Sequence record: KT919973.1
Length of the DNA: 64,000 bases
Direction: 5' to 3' (one strand)
The notes beneath the pieces are model-generated. The model did not search any database. It was given only the letters and a program-made list of their open reading frames with translations, and was not told the origin of the DNA. Below, piece after piece: positions 58,858-64,000 of this stretch; within the stretch, counting starts at the first letter, position 1; every line of letters begins with the position of its first letter. The translations under genes and the position numbers were made by a program.

Positions 58858-60816
58858 ATGACAACTAACTCGAATTTGCCTGTTAGTTCTGGCTCGTTTG
58901 AGACAATCAAGCAAGATCTTATTCAATATCTGAAAGGTCAAGACGAGTTCAAGGATTATGACTTCAAGGGAAGTCGTCTGAACGTACTAACAGATTTGCT
59001 TGCATACAGCACAATGTACATGCAGCACTACTCGAATGCAGCATTGTTCGAGAGTTTTATTCGCACTGCTCAAAAACACAGCAGTGTAGTTCAGCACGCT
59101 CAAGATATGGGTTACGCGCCTAGTTCTTTATCGGCAGCAACACATACAATCGGTATCAAAGCGTATCACGCTGAAAACCCAGTTGAAATTACGCTAGGTA
59201 CGGGTACTCGTTTCAGTGCTGACGTTGACGGGGTTGATTACTACAGCTACATCGTGTGGGAACCTCACATTCTAATCGGTGCAAAGCAGGACCCATTAGA
59301 CCCACAAAGCCCGCTTGTATATCAAGACCAGATAGACCTCGTTCAAGGCACTCTAGGTCGATATGAGGCGCTATTTAGTGAAACCGAATCGATTACGATC
59401 AAAGACCCAGATTTAGATCGAAACTATGTGCGTGTGTTCGTTGATAACACGGAATGGACTAACTGGACAGACAAATCGATAGTCAATGTAACAGGCGGTT
59501 CAAACGTATTCTATCTGCGTGAAACTGTAGATGGTTACACTGAGGTTTACTTCGGTGAAGGCGAACTAACTGACTTTGTAGAAAGTGGTGGTGCTTACGA
59601 CCCGGGTTATATCGGCGGTCTGCGTCCAATCGAAGGTCAGCGCATTCGTGTTCAATATGTGAAAACACAGGGACCAGTTGCGAACGGCTCAAAACGATTC
59701 ACATGGGCAGATGACATTCCTAACTTCCAGTTAGATGATAAAAACATCGACGATAACCCGAATAACGATGAAAACTTTGTTGGTTCGATTGGTGGTGGTT
59801 ATGCGGAAGGCACGGAGCGTATTCGCGAACTAGCCCCTATTTTCAGAGAGTCGCAGCGTCGTTGTGTTACTAAACTTGACTATGAAACATTTGTTTCTCA
59901 GAAGTTCGGTAACATCGTTCAGTCTGTTCAGGCGTTTGGAAGCTCAGATAAGCCAGGTTATGTGTTTATCTCGATTAAGCCGAAGAGCGGGTTGACACTT
60001 CCACAAGTAGCGCGACAAGACATCGAAGAATATTTGAAAGAATTCAATATTGTTACAGTGACACCTAAAGTTGTTGACCCAGATTACTTGTATGTAAAAC
60101 ACAATCTAAGAATCAACTACCGTACAGGTTCATTGGCTGAAGGTGCCGATTATTTGAAAGCTCAAATCATCAATGCGATTTCAGATTATTACTACAATGA
60201 TGTTGAGATCTTCAATGCATCGTTCCATGTTTCTAAGATGTTGAGCTATGTTGATGAAGCTCACCCGTCAATTCTAGGTTCTAGATGTGACATTAGTTTA
60301 ATTCGTGAATTAGCGAATTTTGCTCAAACGCCTATGAGTGGCTATAGTTTCTTAAACCCGATTACTGAGCGTTCTGTAAAATCAGAAGATATCATGTTCA
60401 CACCGGGCGGTTATGACGTGCAGATCAGAACGACAGCCGCACGAACTGCACCGACCGAAGAAGATATCGGTACGATGTTATTGGGTCCATTTGCACCCGG
60501 TGATATTACAAACCCGCTAGACCCAGAAACTGGCTTGCCTACGGGTGCTTATACTGATAACGACTTTGATCGTGAAGTAATCGGCTCGCGCAGCTTATAC
60601 TACCGAATCGGTACTATCAACTACGCATCAGGTATGATGGACTATGATTTCATCAACTTGGGAATAAACTCAGCAGATTGGGATGTGACTGGTAATTTGA
60701 TTGTATCAGCTTCACCTACTCGCTCTAATATATACACAGATGACGGTAGCTTGATCGTATATGAGAACGAGCTTCGTCCTCAATACACAGATATCGTTCT
60801 TGAGGGTATTTCTTAA
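58858..60816 (+). CDS. 6: baseplate wedge subunit gp6
   Basis: YLKGQDEFKDYDF.GS.L..L.DLLAY, QRRCVTKLDY. Confidence 0.95.
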   Translation: MTTNSNLPVSSGSFETIKQDLIQYLKGQDEFKDYDFKGSRLNVLTDLLAYSTMYMQHYSNAALFESFIRTAQKHSSVVQHAQDMGYAPSSLSAATHTIGIKAYHAENPVEITLGTGTRFSADVDGVDYYSYIVWEPHILIGAKQDPLDPQSPLVYQDQIDLVQGTLGRYEALFSETESITIKDPDLDRNYVRVFVDNTEWTNWTDKSIVNVTGGSNVFYLRETVDGYTEVYFGEGELTDFVESGGAYDPGYIGGLRPIEGQRIRVQYVKTQGPVANGSKRFTWADDIPNFQLDDKNIDDNPNNDENFVGSIGGGYAEGTERIRELAPIFRESQRRCVTKLDYETFVSQKFGNIVQSVQAFGSSDKPGYVFISIKPKSGLTLPQVARQDIEEYLKEFNIVTVTPKVVDPDYLYVKHNLRINYRTGSLAEGADYLKAQIINAISDYYYNDVEIFNASFHVSKMLSYVDEAHPSILGSRCDISLIRELANFAQTPMSGYSFLNPITERSVKSEDIMFTPGGYDVQIRTTAARTAPTEEDIGTMLLGPFAPGDITNPLDPETGLPTGAYTDNDFDREVIGSRSLYYRIGTINYASGMMDYDFINLGINSADWDVTGNLIVSASPTRSNIYTDDGSLIVYENELRPQYTDIVLEGIS

Positions 60817-63800
60817 TGGCAAACGTATTACAAGCACCTCCAATTATGGGGGTGTCTATTGACAAATTGACGCGAAACTATGCTGAACTTTCATGGTCAA
60901 CCGTGGGCGAAAACTTTCGCTACGAGATTCATGTTCGTTCGGCTGTTAGTGCAGAAATTCTTCTAACACAAAGTTTCACAGCGTTATACCCTAACCCGTT
61001 TACTAGCGAAACGAGACTGTTTACGAATATTAACAGTTCTGTTCGTTATTATCAATGGAGAATTCGTTCTGTTTACAAGGGTTTTGAACCGAGTGAGTGG
61101 GTCATATCTGATATCGGGTATACGTCGGACACAAACGATTACGACATCACGACTCAAGACGAATTCATTCCCGCATCTTCATTCATTGAAGAGCGTTTGA
61201 ATAACGACAACGACCAATACCTAAACAGTCGTAACAACCTACAAGCTACCCTAGTGCGACCAGGTTTTGAATTTGACCCTAATATGTTTAACGTCGATTC
61301 AGCGGCATATTGGTTTGTTACAAATCCCGGTTTTAGTGCAAATTATGGCAAAGTCCCAACTGTATGTCAGAACGTTGATCGCGTAATCCCTGTTGTTATA
61401 GACGATGTTATATATGCGTTCGAACGCTGGCAACAAGTTTGTAAAGTGTCTAACGACGGCGGTAGAACATGGCAGACATATAAAGCAACGAACTCAAGAC
61501 TAGGGAACCCAGTCTATGATTGCATCTGTAAGCAGTCTAACGCATTTAGTTACCTACTAGGGTATGATTACCTTATTCAAGGCGTACAATCGAATGACGT
61601 TGATTACTCGCACGATAATGGGCTTGAATATTCACATGCATCGGTTGATTTGACGTTCGATAAACTAGACTTCGACTTAGGGTTTGGGTTCGATGTTGAG
61701 CGTTTCAAAGATTTGGCTATATTACCACCACAAGTGCGTAACAAGGCAGACGCTTTCGGCGTTGATGATGTAATGTCCGTTGTAACATACGCAAACACCT
61801 ACGTGTGGCATAACAACAGAATCCCGCGCATTTTCGATAACGTATTATCAGAACTATATGGCGAACGTATTTTCGAAACAACGGGCGAATTAAACAACGA
61901 ACCTGTTTACTTTGAAGATAAGATTGTGAAAAACGACGCGAGTCGACCTAATTTTGATGAAAACACAGCAGATGTGTGTGTTAAGAAAATTCAGTACTTC
62001 GACGACCCAGAGCAAGGTCTCGATTATCAAGACGGAAATATGTTCGCGCTAGTCATAGGTGAGTGGGAGCATGACGAGAACGGTAAACGAATCGGTACAT
62101 CTGACCCGAATGAGATTCGCGGTGTTTATCGACTAAATCGCACAGCGACATTGAGAGATGGTATCGTTATTGGTTACACTGGCTTGACATGGGAACGTGT
62201 ATACGGAAACATTGAAGAAGAACGCGAACTTCTAAACGAACGTTCAGTTATTTCACGTGACAACACTCATTTGATTGTAGGTCACGATCTAACAAAGAAC
62301 TACGGTGAAGAAGGCAACCCAGCTTACGACAATCGTCAAGAGTCTAGCGGTGCACCTGGTAATTTCCACTCAACTGCGGGTGATAACTACGGTACAATAG
62401 ATGACCCGTATCTAGTTTCAGACAACGATGAAGTTGACGAAGCTGTTCGTATGTTCACTAAACCGTTCTTTACAACATACGTTAAGCCGATGACACAGAT
62501 TATCGCGACGAAAGACGGCGATGATTGGTACTACAAGCCGCAAGATTATTACGGATCCGCGCATTTCAACTGGATGCAGCGTGCTGAAACACGTGATTGG
62601 AAATCTTGGGCAAATGAAATCATGTACTACAAGAAAGAGTCAATTTTCAGAAGCGAATTTGAAGATCTAGACGAATATAAATGGAAAGAGACATTCGACG
62701 AAGGTGAATACAAACTGGAAGCTCCTAATCTATCGATTTTCGGGTTTAATGGTTATGCAGCAGGTGCGATCATTCACAGCGCGAACGACAACAAGGTAAT
62801 AGGTTACTACAAGTTTCCATACCGCGTTGATATCACAGCGCCAATTCGCTGGTCGCCTGAGCGTCGTGTAATCACGGCTAGTTTGTCTAATTATTCTCCA
62901 GTAATTATCGAGCCGCCTGAAGAAGACCCAACAAGTATGCTCGACCCGACTCTGACACCATTGATTTACAAGATGATGCCAGAGAATTATCTCGATGCAG
63001 ACGGGTTTTACAAGAGTTTTGCAAAGCACTACTTAGATTTCATCAGTAAAGGTGATGGTACGGCTTATAATAACGTGTATAACTTGCTTAACAGCAAAAA
63101 CCCACTTGACGACCATTACACTGAGTATCTACACAAATTAGTATACGAGCGAAATCGTATTCTAGAGCCAGAGAAACGTGATGCAGTTGTTAAATTTTTC
63201 TTGGCACGACGTGCAGATTTTTACAGCACTAAAGGTATTTTAGACTCATACAAGTTCTTGTTCAAGTTACTGTACAACGAAGATGTTGAAGTTGAAATAG
63301 AATCGCTTAACACGTTTGAATATTCAATCGTTGTTAACTCAAATGACGTAACCGATGATGTGGTAGGTCGTAGAATTTATTCAGAGACAGGCAACGCAGA
63401 CGTGACATATGTTGACCGTCATTACATTGAAGGTAAACGTTACTGGAAATTGACTTTGAACAACTTAATCGGTGAGTTGAACATCGGCGACACGTTAGAA
63501 ATCGACGGTCTGGAATTCACTGCAACTGCGATTACTCGCGTACAAGGTGAACGAATCGACTACGATTCAAATGAATTTCTTGATCGAAGCAAATCATACT
63601 ACGTTATGAAGATTCGTTCTGAGATTCAGCTTAGTCAGTACAAAGATGATGTAATTCGATTTGTACACCCAATTGGGTTTGGGTTCTTAGGTATTACGTT
63701 GCTGACAGTATTGATCAATCACGGTATCTCAGTCAACCACCACGAAACGATTGTAGATTCATACAGATTGATTCGCTATGACAACGGTATAGGGAATAAC

Positions 63801-64000
63801 TTCACTGAAGAAACTTCATTGCTTGATGGTAACGACGATAGAATTTACAACTCGTTCGGTGAACTTCAATTGAAGCCACACCCGTTAGCACTAGAAGACC
63901 CGCTTGACCATGCGATTCAAGATCGATTGACTAATACACAGGGTATTACAATCATCGACTACAACAACTACTGGGCTAATGATCGTGTGATTGCTTTAGA
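60816..64000 (+). CDS. 7: baseplate wedge initiator gp7 (partial, runs off the window)
   Basis: TAATG coupling to gene 6; N-terminus KLTRNYAELSWSTVGENFRY resembles T4 gp7; later DFYSTKG..DSYKFLFKLLYNEDV; absent from the ORF track, consistent with no stop before the window end. Confidence 0.88.
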   Translation, partial: MANVLQAPPIMGVSIDKLTRNYAELSWSTVGENFRYEIHVRSAVSAEILLTQSFTALYPNPFTSETRLFTNINSSVRYYQWRIRSVYKGFEPSEWVISDIGYTSDTNDYDITTQDEFIPASSFIEERLNNDNDQYLNSRNNLQATLVRPGFEFDPNMFNVDSAAYWFVTNPGFSANYGKVPTVCQNVDRVIPVVIDDVIYAFERWQQVCKVSNDGGRTWQTYKATNSRLGNPVYDCICKQSNAFSYLLGYDYLIQGVQSNDVDYSHDNGLEYSHASVDLTFDKLDFDLGFGFDVERFKDLAILPPQVRNKADAFGVDDVMSVVTYANTYVWHNNRIPRIFDNVLSELYGERIFETTGELNNEPVYFEDKIVKNDASRPNFDENTADVCVKKIQYFDDPEQGLDYQDGNMFALVIGEWEHDENGKRIGTSDPNEIRGVYRLNRTATLRDGIVIGYTGLTWERVYGNIEEERELLNERSVISRDNTHLIVGHDLTKNYGEEGNPAYDNRQESSGAPGNFHSTAGDNYGTIDDPYLVSDNDEVDEAVRMFTKPFFTTYVKPMTQIIATKDGDDWYYKPQDYYGSAHFNWMQRAETRDWKSWANEIMYYKKESIFRSEFEDLDEYKWKETFDEGEYKLEAPNLSIFGFNGYAAGAIIHSANDNKVIGYYKFPYRVDITAPIRWSPERRVITASLSNYSPVIIEPPEEDPTSMLDPTLTPLIYKMMPENYLDADGFYKSFAKHYLDFISKGDGTAYNNVYNLLNSKNPLDDHYTEYLHKLVYERNRILEPEKRDAVVKFFLARRADFYSTKGILDSYKFLFKLLYNEDVEVEIESLNTFEYSIVVNSNDVTDDVVGRRIYSETGNADVTYVDRHYIEGKRYWKLTLNNLIGELNIGDTLEIDGLEFTATAITRVQGERIDYDSNEFLDRSKSYYVMKIRSEIQLSQYKDDVIRFVHPIGFGFLGITLLTVLINHGISVNHHETIVDSYRLIRYDNGIGNNFTEETSLLDGNDDRIYNSFGELQLKPHPLALEDPLDHAIQDRLTNTQGITIIDYNNYWANDRVIAL

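Overview
A 64-kb segment of a large T4-like (Tevenvirinae/Straboviridae-type) lytic myovirus; a marine gammaproteobacterial host such as Vibrio is inferred, not shown. Layout: (1) 1-17.1 kb (+): early/middle genes including nrdA, nrdB, glutaredoxin, SLT-type transglycosylase, AAA+ ATPase, topoisomerase gp52, QueE, an ADP-ribosyltransferase-fold protein, M15 endolysin, PhoH, AsiA and DUF2829/Tad2. (2) 17.2-28.7 kb (-): holin candidate and four tail-fibre genes. (3) 28.7-33.8 kb (mostly -): RNase H-like protein, a Ro60/TROVE-like DUF2828-vWA protein, a cyclic-phosphate receiver protein and small ORFs. (4) 36-44.7 kb (-): 27 tRNAs covering all 20 amino acids, interleaved with many structured non-coding RNAs. 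(5) 44.9-64 kb: T4 core module (57B/Acb1, 57A, 1, 3, 29, 51, 26, 54, 2, 4, 48, 53, 27, 5, 5.4, 25, 6, partial 7). The two most striking observations come from reading the non-coding DNA by eye. (A) A motif, stem-[A/T/G]T[A/T]C[A/T]GCAA-...-stem, recurs in about ten predicted ncRNAs of the tRNA cluster, including tRNA-shaped RNAs with large anticodon-arm insertions. It also occurs in a hairpin that sequesters the start codon of the Ro-like DUF2828 gene, suggesting an autoregulated phage Ro-like RNP system with a family of partner RNAs. (B) A promoter-driven tandem pair of 54/55-nt H-type pseudoknots with compensatory base changes and no toxin gene resembles a stand-alone type III toxin-antitoxin antitoxin mimic. 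All RNA structures were folded by hand and all family assignments are from motif recognition, not database searches.
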